From the NCBI RefSeq assembly GCF_006345805.1, contig NC_042998.1, forward strand, positions 64,604,001 through 64,668,000: 64,000 bases of DNA, written 5' to 3'. Positions 14,710-25,500 of the stretch are shown here, in pieces. Position numbers and translations under genes: made by a program. This stretch comes from Octopus sinensis (lineage: Eukaryota). Position 1 is the first letter of the stretch; each line of letters opens with the position of its first letter. The notes under the pieces were generated by a model. That model made no database searches, had not been told where the DNA came from, and was given only the letters and a program-made list of their open reading frames with translations.

Positions 14710-14712
<3 letters not shown>
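14180..14712 (+). mobile_element. PLE-type terminal fragment: 431-bp spacerless palindrome plus ~100-bp 3' extension, between TA repeats
   Basis: Arms 14180-14395 and 14396-14610 are reverse complements (one substitution and one 1-bp indel seen), centred on caagtttt|aaaacttg. The right arm carries the HHR 3' half GAAAC-GTAC-GTC (14409-14420). Confidence 0.7.
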
Positions 14713-14742
<30 letters not shown>

Positions 14743-15313
14743 TCACTTCACGCACACGTGGTGAGTGAACGTCTGAGTGTTACAGCTATGTTTGTGTTTA
14801 ACAGCATGTTCTTACTCCTCTAATACATAAATTTCACTTGCAGGAAATCATCAGGTAAAATGTAGTAAAATTGTGTTCTATTATACTTGGCATCCAGCAA
14901 AACCTCAAGTGACGGACTAAATTTCAAAGAAGTCAAATATAAACATGCTTTAATATAAACAGAAAATTATCTCGTATTCCGTTCGTCTTAATAATTCTCA
15001 ATGTTCGTTTAATTAAAATTTGTTTATGGTAGGTTTTTATGAGAATTAGCAAAAGAAAATATTGCATCAGCAAAAAAGATGTGTAATATAGTATACTGTT
15101 GTTTAAAGGACTAATTAAATCCCCATGTATGCGGTTTAATTAATGATGACACACTTTACAGTATAGAATACATAAATACATATTCTGTAACTGAATATTT
15201 GCATGCCTATACACGGATAAGTATATGAATGAGGGCTAGTGAGCATGAGAAATTAGAAAACATTGTATGCAAACTAAAATATACAAATACATGCAGACAC
15301 ACACACACGCACA

Positions 15314-15358
<45 letters not shown>

Positions 15359-16285
15359 GCCTGCATGCATGTATGCATATATTTATGTAACGTTATATGT
15401 TTCTTGGCGTAGAAAGTATAAGAAAACTTAAATATTACATGTAGATTCCACTATCACTATTTTGAATGACGGATGAACATTCACGCTAATTATGATTTCA
15501 GCAACATGATAACTGAATGCATTGCGTTGATAAAGACGGCATTTGAAAGCCGTTAATATTTGCAAAATACAAAACAAATAAAAAGAGTGTAACATCAGGA
15601 AAGAAATGTACGATTGAAAATTAGAGCATAAATATCACGTAAATCCGTAAATTTAAAAAAAACCTATATTATGATCTACAGTGTTTCGACCGTGTATATA
15701 TATATATATATATATACATGCACGTTCATATTTATGTATATATATTTGTGTATATGTATACACAAACACACAGACATATGTGTATGTGTGTGTTTGCATA
15801 TAAAGACATTTACTGATATATGCTGCGTGCGGGGATTGTTATAAGTATGACTAAATCCTGCATTAAAAAAATCGATACATCCATTAGATAATTGCAGCGT
15901 AACTATTTTTTTTTATCCCATTTACTTATTTATAAACGTCAAATCCATTAAATATTCAATATTTAAAATTTATTTATATAATTACCATCAGATTGTAAAT
16001 CAATTTAAAAATAAAAACATTTCAGAGCTTACATTAGTTTCGTAATATACTAACTATACATAGGTAAGAAGATTAAGTTGTTTGTTAAATTGTTACAAAT
16101 ACCGTCTTTCAATTATATGGATAATATAAGATTTTTGTTGATTTTATTAGTTATTGATTACGCACATAAACACACAGAGATACACACATACAAACAGAGA
16201 AACACACACACATGCACGCACCTTCAAATATAAATACTTTTATTTATATAACTTTATTTATGATTTATACACATGTTTGTGCACG

Positions 16286-16319
<34 letters not shown>

Positions 16320-16325
16320 ATAATA

Positions 16326-16366
<41 letters not shown>

Positions 16367-16546
16367 GATATAATGTACTGATTCTTAATCGAAAATTCAC
16401 AAAAGAAGTACTCTAACTCGTGAGAGATAAATATTATTTATTTAAACGTCTTAATACATGCATTAAAGTGCCATCAACAGCTGTGAGAAATCTCAACATG
16501 CCGAGAAATCTCAAACATATTTACACGCACGCACACACACACACAC

Positions 16547-16593
<47 letters not shown>

Positions 16594-16660
16594 CGTATGT
16601 GTAGAACGATGAGTGCTAAACATTGCATTGGTGGATATAGAATATCTTTATTTGCGAATT

Positions 16661-16870
16661 AAGGCTACCCTTGGTTTCATGTTAAGAATAGTAGGAAAAT
16701 ATCCTAGTATCTTAACAAGCTTTCAAGCCGATGACATTGAGAAAGACGTTCACTTCCAGACTATTTTTCAAAATGGAGGCGAACACCTTGCTCCGTATGA
16801 TCGGCTTGAGAAATTGTTAAGATACTATGATGTTTTATCATTCTTCGTAACAGGAACCATTGGTAGCCTT
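16661..16870. mobile_element. Small MITE-like element with ~70-bp imperfect TIRs
   Basis: aaggctacc...tagtatcttaacaagctttcaagccgat pairs with atcggcttgagaaattgttaagatacta...ggtagcctt, with a spacer of about 70 bp. Confidence 0.65.
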
Positions 16871-16911
16871 TACTTACAAATAAAGAAATTATATATTTAT
16901 ATATATATATA

Positions 16912-16979
<68 letters not shown>

Positions 16980-16985
16980 ATATAT

Positions 16986-17720
16986 AACATTATTGGTGAA
17001 TTGAAGAAATGGAGCTGAACGCAGATTGAACAGAAATCGTTTTATTTCATTCTACACGTGTTTCGAAAGGCACAAATTACCAAAATCCGATTGAATAATG
17101 GGACCATATTGTGTCTTTCTCTTCAGGAAGAAAAAAGGAAATCCGTTGGAAAAACAAAAACAGAACAGAGGCGGAGCAAGAACAAATCGAACTATGCTCC
17201 TAAGAGCCCATGGCGAAACTGTTTATCAGTGTATGTTGAGAACCGGTGGCTGAAGAATTCAACGGGTCAGGCATCGGTCAACCATGTGGGTGAGGGTGTA
17301 TAGATGTTCTTTGTGACCGAGAATAAAGTTCTGACTATTTAAGGAATATTGGATGTTTTATAAGGGGCGAGAAAAAATCTACTTAGAGACGTGTGTGTGT
17401 GTATACTGTTCTATATATGTGTGTGTTGGCGTAGGGGTAGAAAACATTTTTTGTGTACGTGTGTGCGTTTGATCGTTCGGCTGTCAGTGGCTACTGCCGT
17501 GAGAACCGTTGGGTGGCAGAAAGAAAAAAATATATATATATATTATGTTTTATGTGTGTGTGTGTTCATCTAAGCCTGCCTTGTCAAGGAAACCCCCCGC
17601 TGTGAAAAAACCAAGCCCCGTTTGTCTTACAGGAGTAATTCCCCTTGCAGTGGTTAATCGTAGATATCTTAAAGGCTATTTCAGAATTTGTTACCAAGGG
17701 CTATGGGTGCCGGTATTATT
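16986..17720 (-). repeat. Inverted pseudo-LTR (left arm, 735 bp)
   Basis: Reverse complement of 20221-20952. Manual comparison shows one substitution (17282), one 1-bp indel (about 17122) and one TA-unit difference (about 17535). Confidence 0.97.
17050..17129 (-). ncRNA. Type I hammerhead ribozyme (PLE type) on minus strand
   Basis: Minus strand reads UUC-CUGAAGA-GAAAG.CACAA...UUGUG.CUUUC-GAAAC-ACGU-GUA-GAA: intact core, extended stem II, minimal palindromic stem III, GUA cleavage triplet and 3-bp stem I. Confidence 0.75.
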
Positions 17721-17721
17721 G

Positions 17722-20212
17722 ATTGATGCGTCCCTTAAGGATATTCCTATACCACCAAAGGATGCCTTCCTTAAGGAGTTGGTTTGTAAAACCAACGCAT
17801 TCATAAACCGGATAAGATGGCTCATTTTCTTCCACGAGAACGAAGATCTAAAATCGAACCGGACAACAGCATCGTCCGAATACGGCCGGCTTTTTAAAAC
17901 ATTGGATACGCCGCCACCGAACCCAAGACTGAAGAAGTTTGAGGACGACTTGTGGGACATAGTTAGAAAGATTAAGTTCAGGAAGTCACCCAGGAGAAAT
18001 GCCCACCTCAGATACCTAGATAAAATTACCAAGGACATTAATAGAACGGACGGAGTCCTGGTCCAGTCCGACAAGACCAGGAACACATACAAGATGCCCA
18101 TTAAGCAGTACCTAGATTTACTCGGTAAAGAGATCAAGAAAAATTTAGAAAAACCAATTGGAGTACCCTGAGGAAGGTAAACTTGGAAATTAAGGAAATA
18201 ATATTTAAACACCGAATTCAAATGAGAACTCAGCCGCTTAGCCCCAAGCAACCCAGATTTATAGTGAAGGACCATAATCCTAACTTCCACACCAACCCAG
18301 CGCTAAGACTCATATGCCCTGCTAGATCTGATATCGGGATAATCAGTAAGTACATTTTAGATAAATATATCCCTAGTTTAGTAAACAAGCTGAAGCTCAG
18401 CCTCTGGGCCAACTCCTCGCAGGTAGTGAAGTGGTTCTCTTCCATCCCCAATAAGAACCGTACTAGGTTCATTCAGTTTGATATCGCCAGCTTCTACCCC
18501 TCGATTAACCCTAGTGTGCTAAATAAGGCCCTCTGGCATGCTCACACAAGGCTGGCCTCACCAGAGAAGAGATAGTTATCATTTTAGTTGCCAGGAAATC
18601 GTTTATTAAGTTTGATATAAGTTGTGGATCCGTAAAGATACTCCCAATGAATTTGATGTGCCTATGGGTAGTTCGGATAGTGCGCAGATAGCCGATTTGG
18701 TCGGAATATATATTCTCTACGAATTGTCCGACCAATTCCCGGAGATCGCGGGCGGCCTGTATCGTGACGATTGTCTGTTTTACCTGCAAAACACCACGAA
18801 CAGAATAGTGCAGGTTAGCTAGGTTTTTTAATAGAATGGGCATGAGTATAGTTTTTGATAATGAACTCACCAAGGCTAATTTCCTAGACGTTACACTTAA
18901 CCTTAATAGCGACTCATACTGCCCTTACCATAAGCCTTCCACTAATTTGAAGTATGTCAGTGTCTTCTCAAATCATGCCAAAACCGTAACAGACAATTTG
19001 GTTAAAAACATCTCTCTAAGATTGTCTGGCTTGTCCGCCAGTGCCGATATTTTTATGCAGAAAGCGGAATTTTATAACGCCGCACTATCCAAGGCCGGTT
19101 ATAGGCAGAAGGTAATTTATATTGATCCGGCCCTTCCGATGCCATCATTCGGTCATCAGGATAGGGCCGTATATAATAACATTAACATTTTAAGTAAGGA
19201 CGGGAGCGCGGCGGATGCCGGGGTAGTCGCTCCCGCATTTAATTTAGCGAACAAGGATAATTATCGGTCCGGGAGGTCTTACACTAACCCAAGACCAGTT
19301 ATTCATCCGAGAATCACCCACCCGAATGCGAGAGCTGGCGTCCCGACCCATCACACTGATAGGAATAAGCATATATGGTTTGTAATCCCCTTTGGTAAGC
19401 AGATTAGAACTAACCTCCCCCTCATGTTTAGACAAGCCATCGCCAATAACTTCCCCAGAAATTCCAAATATTACTCCACGGTTAACTCGATATGAGAGCC
19501 AGTACAGTGACACATAATCTCAGCTCCAGCCAGGGAGTACCCACTAGGGGTATAGTTATAAATAGGGGTGTTGTGGTTGACAGTAACAATGGGAGTAGGG
19601 TAGAGAGCCCCAATAGCATCCCCAGCATCATTTCCCGCAATAGCAGCACCACGGGCAGTAGCAATGACAGCACTCTGATACATAGTGGAGATCAGGGTTA
19701 TTCCTATAGTTAATAGTGACGTAGTGGAAAATAGAGTAGTAAGCGGCTGCAGGTCTCGGAACGAATATAGTGACAGGAACGCAGTTCTAATTTCAGAAAC
19801 TAATCCTAGCAGAATAAGATTCACGTCGGCGAACTCCAAGATCAAAAACGCCGTCTACCAATGCAAGGTTTACACGGACTCAGATGTCTTCACTTATGTA
19901 GGGGCATCATCCTCAAGATTGTCTTTGCGTGTCTCCAACCATTACGCAACTTTTCGGGACATGAACAAGCGCCAGACCACGGGACTCAGTAAGCTAATAT
20001 GGCGACTGAAAGATACGAACTTAAGCTATAGGCTGGAATGGTCAATTTTGTCGGTGGCCCTCCCATTTGATAGGGGCAGAAGACAGTGCAACATTTGTGT
20101 CTCCGAACTCTTCCATATTTTGTTTGCCAGAGGCCGGATGGTAAAGGGGCTTTTACAGTCGGCTTTTCGATGCCCCCATTGGCGGCGTTACACTTATCTG
20201 GCTTTTAAATAG
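17722..20212 (+). pseudogene. PLE polyprotein (reverse transcriptase + GIY-YIG endonuclease), split by about six frameshifts
   Basis: Joined frames give SLKDIPIPP..KTNAFINRIRW, DKTRNTY, RLICPARSDIG, FDIASFYPSI (18477), FDVPMGSSDSAQIADLVG, LYRDD (18760), NFLDVTLNL, SNHAK, IWFVIP. The endonuclease part (from 19850) reads AVY..YVG..RVSNH..LSKLIW..CNICVSE..CPH. The motif pattern recalls Nematis-type EN+ PLEs; the clade is not established. Confidence 0.92.
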
Positions 20213-20220
20213 CGTTTATA

Positions 20221-20952
20221 AATAATACCGGCACCCATAGCCCTTGGTAACAAATTCTGAAATAGCCTTTAAGATATCTACGATTAACCACTGCAAGGGG
20301 AATTACTCCTGTAAGACAAACGGGGCTTGGTTTTTTCACAGCGGGGGGTTTCCTTGACAAGGCAGGCTTAGATGAACACACACACACATAAAACATAATA
20401 TATATATATTTTTTTCTTTCTGCCACCCAACGGTTCTCACGGCAGTAGCCACTGACAGCCGAACGATCAAACGCACACACGTACACAAAAAATGTTTTCT
20501 ACCCCTACGCCAACACACACATATATAGAACAGTATACACACACACACGTCTCTAAGTAGATTTTTTCTCGCCCCTTATAAAACATCCAATATTCCTTAA
20601 ATAGTCAGAACTTTATTCTCGGTCACAAAGAACATCTATACACCCTCACCCACATGATTGACCGATGCCTGACCCGTTGAATTCTTCAGCCACCGGTTCT
20701 CAACATACACTGATAAACAGTTTCGCCATGGGCTCTTAGGAGCATAGTTCGATTTGTTCTTGCTCCGCCTCTGTTCTGTTTTTGTTTTTCCAACGGATTT
20801 CCTTTTTTCTTCCTGAGAGAAAGACACAATATGGTCCCATTATTCAATCGGATTTTGGTAATTTGTGCCTTTCGAAACACGTGTAGAATGAAATAAAACG
20901 ATTTCTGTTCAATCTGCGTTCAGCTCCATTTCTTCAATTCACCAATAATGTT
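20221..20952 (+). repeat. Pseudo-LTR / 3' UTR (right arm, 732 bp)
   Basis: Begins 8 nt after the polyprotein stop codon (20210-20212) and is the reverse complement of the left arm. Confidence 0.97.
20810..20888 (+). ncRNA. Hammerhead ribozyme copy with 1-nt deletion in core (CUGA-GA)
   Basis: Identical to the 17050-17129 motif except ctgaga replaces ctgaaga; GAAAC-ACGT-GTA at 20874-20885. Confidence 0.6.
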
Positions 20953-21106
20953 TTAATTTCAATTATCCGCACCAACGCACGTTTGCAACGCCAGATGGTT
21001 GTACCTCCAACCGTGCTGTTTACCGCTGTGATTTTTGCTACTAAGGTATCGGTTAAACTTTTGATTAATCTACTACAAGATTATTCATCTTTCTATTTCA
21101 CATAAT

Positions 21107-21193
<87 letters not shown>

Positions 21194-21230
21194 TTATGTA
21201 TATTTATGTATACACACACACACACACACA

Positions 21231-21620
21231 CCCAACTGTGGTATATGCATCAACCTAATAGAAGGTCCGGAATTCCTTTTTAAACAAGGACAACGTTTCA
21301 CAGTAAAACACAACTTCACATGCGCATCAGAAAACCTAGTATATGTCTTAACTTGCTCGGGCTGTAATGAACACTACATAGGCCAAACAAAAAATAGCCT
21401 CCGCCAACGCATGACTGTCCACAGATCCCAAATAAAAATACAGGAATATAGAAAAATAGCATTTAGTGCACATATTGATACCTGTGCCGCACAACTCCAT
21501 CCCAATTTTAGAATCTTTCCCCTCTACAAATTTAAAGACAATGCCACTCATACCCAGCGAATAACCATGGAATCCCACCTTATTAATAAATACAGACCAC
21601 TTCTAAACAGATGCCTCTAA
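21231..21620 (+). pseudogene. 5'-truncated Neptune-type PLE GIY-YIG endonuclease fragment
   Basis: An open frame from 21231 reads PNCGICINLIEGPEFLFKQGQRFTVKHNFTCASENLVYVLTCSGCNEHYIGQTKNSLRQRMTVHRSQIK...HIDTC...ESHLINKYRPLLN. It has LVY/YIG/R/H/E/N motifs and an upstream CxxC, and starts inside a (CA)n run. Confidence 0.88.
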
Positions 21621-22442
21621 CACGAACCCACAACAAACACACTTACACCTGCACACACCCTACACACACCTTTACCGAGATATTAACACCATGACACACA
21701 CAAATATATGGTTCCACACATACACATAATTGAATACGGGTGCAAAACATCCAACACTATTTTTTGGAAATGGCTGTAAATATTGACTTCACACAAATAC
21801 GTTGCTTCTCGATACAGGCACAAGGCCAGCAGAACTATAAATATTGAAAATTGTACCCACACACATACACATATATACACGCGCGCGCGCCCCAACATAC
21901 ATATAAACACACACACGCGCGCGCGCGCACACACATACATACATACAGCTCTCCCTGTTCTAAACGAACTTACTTATCCCTTCAAGCGGAAAATACACTC
22001 CCTAACTACGCGCTAAAAAGCTATTTAAAATATCCACATGACGTCTACTGACCAGCCTGAACAATAAGAATTTTCAACAACACTATTTTCGAAAATTCTA
22101 AACATTCACGTGACCTCTTTATTATGGCCAATAAGAAATTTTAGGCGGGACACTAGCCAAATTTTAACTTCTCTGGAGCCTTTTTTCTTACCCCAACACC
22201 AACACCAACTTCCATTCAAACATTCCCGTGACCCCTTCATAATAACCAATCAAAATTTTAGGCGCGAAACCAAGCAAATCCAAAACAACTCTGGAGCCTC
22301 TTTTTTTCACATATAAGAGACAGGCTCTAATCTCTCTTTTATATTTTGATAAGCATAACAAATGCGCAACCGGTAAAAAGAACTTTCACCTAATTAAATT
22401 ACTTAAATTACTTCAATTATTTGTCAGCATTTTCTTCATTTC

Positions 22443-22501
<59 letters not shown>

Positions 22502-25500
22502 ATATGATGTATGTATGTGTATTTGGTGACACGGAAATAGTTCATTCTTACATTTAGTGCATACTGCGGGTAAAATGTGTGTAGTAGTAAAATGTGTTTA
22601 AACTACATGTAGTGCCCTACGGATAGAAACTTGGCAACTGCGATCACCAGGTGGATAAGCAGGGACCATATTAAAAATGCTCTATTGATGGATGGGAAAT
22701 AATTCATTTTCACGTGACGTGGGAAAATGAGCTGGGGTATTCCTTACCTCTGTACCCCTGAAACAACGCATATCCTGAGTGTGCTTTACCCGAATGTTAT
22801 TAACGTTATGATCCCTGCAATGGATCAACAAAATATAGCTACATCATGTAATTATGCACAATAGAAGAGATGCTATACTGGAGATCCTTGGGATTGCAGT
22901 CACTATGTACCTCGACAAGACAACAGTGCCTCTGATTTGTGGAGATCAGTAAACTTTGAAGTAATAGCGCAATGTTATTCTATGTTAAACCAATCAGAAA
23001 CCGCCGTAACTTCAACTATAGAATACTTGCGCCGAGTGATTTTTCGTTTTATGTACGTCCTCTGTTTAAGAAAGAACGATCATAATCTCCTTAATACAAC
23101 ACATTTAGGTTAGTGAATATATGGAAGTGATCAATTATTTTAATAAATGATATATATGTGAATTTCGTCTTTTAATATTTCGTCTTTTAATATTCTGTTA
23201 ACATAGAAGACTTGCGTTAGATTTAGATTCTATGTGCAGTATGTCCTAGAACAGTAAGCAATTAAAATATTGGCAGAATAAGTTCAACGATTTTTGCCGT
23301 ATTACTTTCATGTAAACTTTAGATTTGGACTAGTTCTTCACATGTCATCAAATCTTAAAATTGTTGTTACTTTAAAGATTTTTGTGATATTATAACTGTA
23401 TGACTGTGAATCTTCATATTTCTGATCCACCTGTGAACTTCATCTTATGGAATTGTCTACTGCGTTATCCTCCGTTAGTTTGAAATATATATATGCATAT
23501 ATATATATATATAGACAGAGAGAGAGAGGGAGAGAAATATTATTATTTCAACTTTCTCATTTCGCGTGATATGGTGTTATGTATCATTTGCGCTCTTGTT
23601 ATACAATGCTAATTACTTGATTTTATATTATGTACGAACGAGACATGCATATATCTGCAGGCAACTTTTGTGTCATTTTTGCATAACCTCAAAACCAACC
23701 TAGGTATTTACTTATTGTAACTATATAGGCAAAATCGCTTACTATTAACCCATTTAAATTCAAATCGCTGTTTTACTCTACTATATTATCCTAACTACAA
23801 TAAGTCGTAGAAAATAATTTCCATTACAGGAGGATACGTTGTTGTTAGAGAAAACTAAATTGTCGATCCTGTTTTAGCAGCGGGTGGTTTGTCTTAACTC
23901 CGTGCACTTGACGTTCATTTCCGCTGGAGATAAGCATGTGGAATCAGAGCGGGACAATAATCTGCTGTGAGCTGCTGGCTTAGCAGTGTTTCTCGGCGTT
24001 GAGCGTGAGAAATGTGAGAGGAAATTTACCTGTGTGCACGCTACAGATAGCTCCTGACCAATTATTTTATGCGCGACAAAATAGTCGATAAAAGGAAGAT
24101 ATTTCTGTAGCATAGAGGTGAAATTAGAAAGAACGATTGGTCATTAAAGTAAGATGAAAGCTGGCTCTGAACTACAGAACTGAATGCGTGCCCTAAGTCG
24201 GGTGAGCCATTTTTGACGACGATAGAAGCTTTCGGCTGCGGAAAATCCTTTTAGACTGGGGCCACCATTTTTATAATGGAATGAAAAGTTTATGATACCA
24301 GTGGAGTATGTCCTTCTCCCATTATATTTGTTTTGTAGTTTAAAGGATCTGGAATACGAAGAAGTTCACAAGTAGAGTATAATTCAATATCGTTTTATTA
24401 ACAGAGTTCTCATTCATTTGGTTCACTCTCGGTGACCATTTTTATACTTTGAATGCTGTGAATTGCGAAAACTTTGATTTTGCAAACTTGTTCTTTGCAG
24501 TCAGTAATAGCATGGTTGAAAACATTTCAGATACTGAGGCATTTCAGATAGCTATCTGAAATATTTCAGGTAGTAGTCTGTATTAAATTATTAGAGAGGA
24601 GGGAGTTTATGTCTCCGTTGCGTACATCCTTTTGAAGTAGTTTTAGGTTTTGTTACGGAATTGGAAGAAAATAGAATGCTAAGTTATATGTGAAATTTCA
24701 GCACCTGAGGAAACCGGTGGTCGGGCGCCCACCACAATTTTCTAGTAAAACAGAGAAAATGAATATGGCTTACAACAAATTGATTAGCTACGCAATGTTA
24801 ATTATCTAACACTTGTTCATCTCCCATGACAAGTGATATTGTTTCCTTAACAGCACTATAGGAGAAACTAAAAATCTAAAATTAAATGCAATATAATCTG
24901 CATATGAAATAATGTTATATACTTTATTTTTGAGGAAATAGATTGATAGAGAAATGATTAATTTTGATAATGCGTGAGAGAGAAAAGAGGGTTAGAGAGC
25001 AGTTTCAGACGATATGTGCAGTTCACGTTTGGTTTAGTCTGCACGACGTATGCCATAAAAGGTTGATAATGTATTCTTTGTAATTTATCCTCTATACAGG
25101 CAAATAGGCGAGATTTAGGTAGAAGAAAATATAGTGGAATGTGTGAGAATAAAAACGGTTTCATGAATGGGATCGATGTTTTTGTTTAATATTTGTTAAC
25201 ATAATCTATATTATTCTCATAAATAATAGACATTTTTCTTTCACTACAATGGAAAACAAAGGACTTGTTTTTTTTTTTATTTAAATAAACCCATCTAAAG
25301 AATGTAAATATAAAAATAATTGAGTTGAAAATTCCCATCCTCTTTATTGGTACACGATAGTAAGATTATATCCTTATTCCTTGCAAGTTATTTTTTCCCG
25401 TATAGCTGTTGTAGACCGGAAACGTTTTATACTGAAAAGGACGTATTATATGAATAATAATCACAGGAAACATTTTTTAACTATTCATAATATTTATTCT

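Larger units (their letters stand above)
16986..21105 (+). mobile_element. Near-full-length endonuclease-containing Penelope-like element with inverted 5' pseudo-LTR, inserted in (TA)n
   Basis: RT + C-terminal GIY-YIG coding region is flanked by inverted repeats 16986-17720 and 20221-20952. A unique 3' extension runs to about 21105. TA arrays lie on both sides, and each repeat holds an HHR motif. Confidence 0.93.

Noticed and set aside
17691-18290. 199-aa minus-strand ORF
   Set aside because: It is the antisense shadow of the PLE RT N-terminal region, and its start lies at no meaningful boundary.
18169-19678. Selenocysteine (UGA read-through) explanation for the broken PLE ORF, as in some Naiad PLEs
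   Set aside because: Homology continues in different frames after each break. The TGA codons are not at Cys positions and are followed by TAG/TAA in the same frame. The endonuclease is C-terminal, unlike in Naiads.
21881-21928. (CG)n runs as potential Z-DNA
   Set aside because: Only 5-6 repeats embedded in (CA)n of a retroelement 3' region; nothing indicates function.
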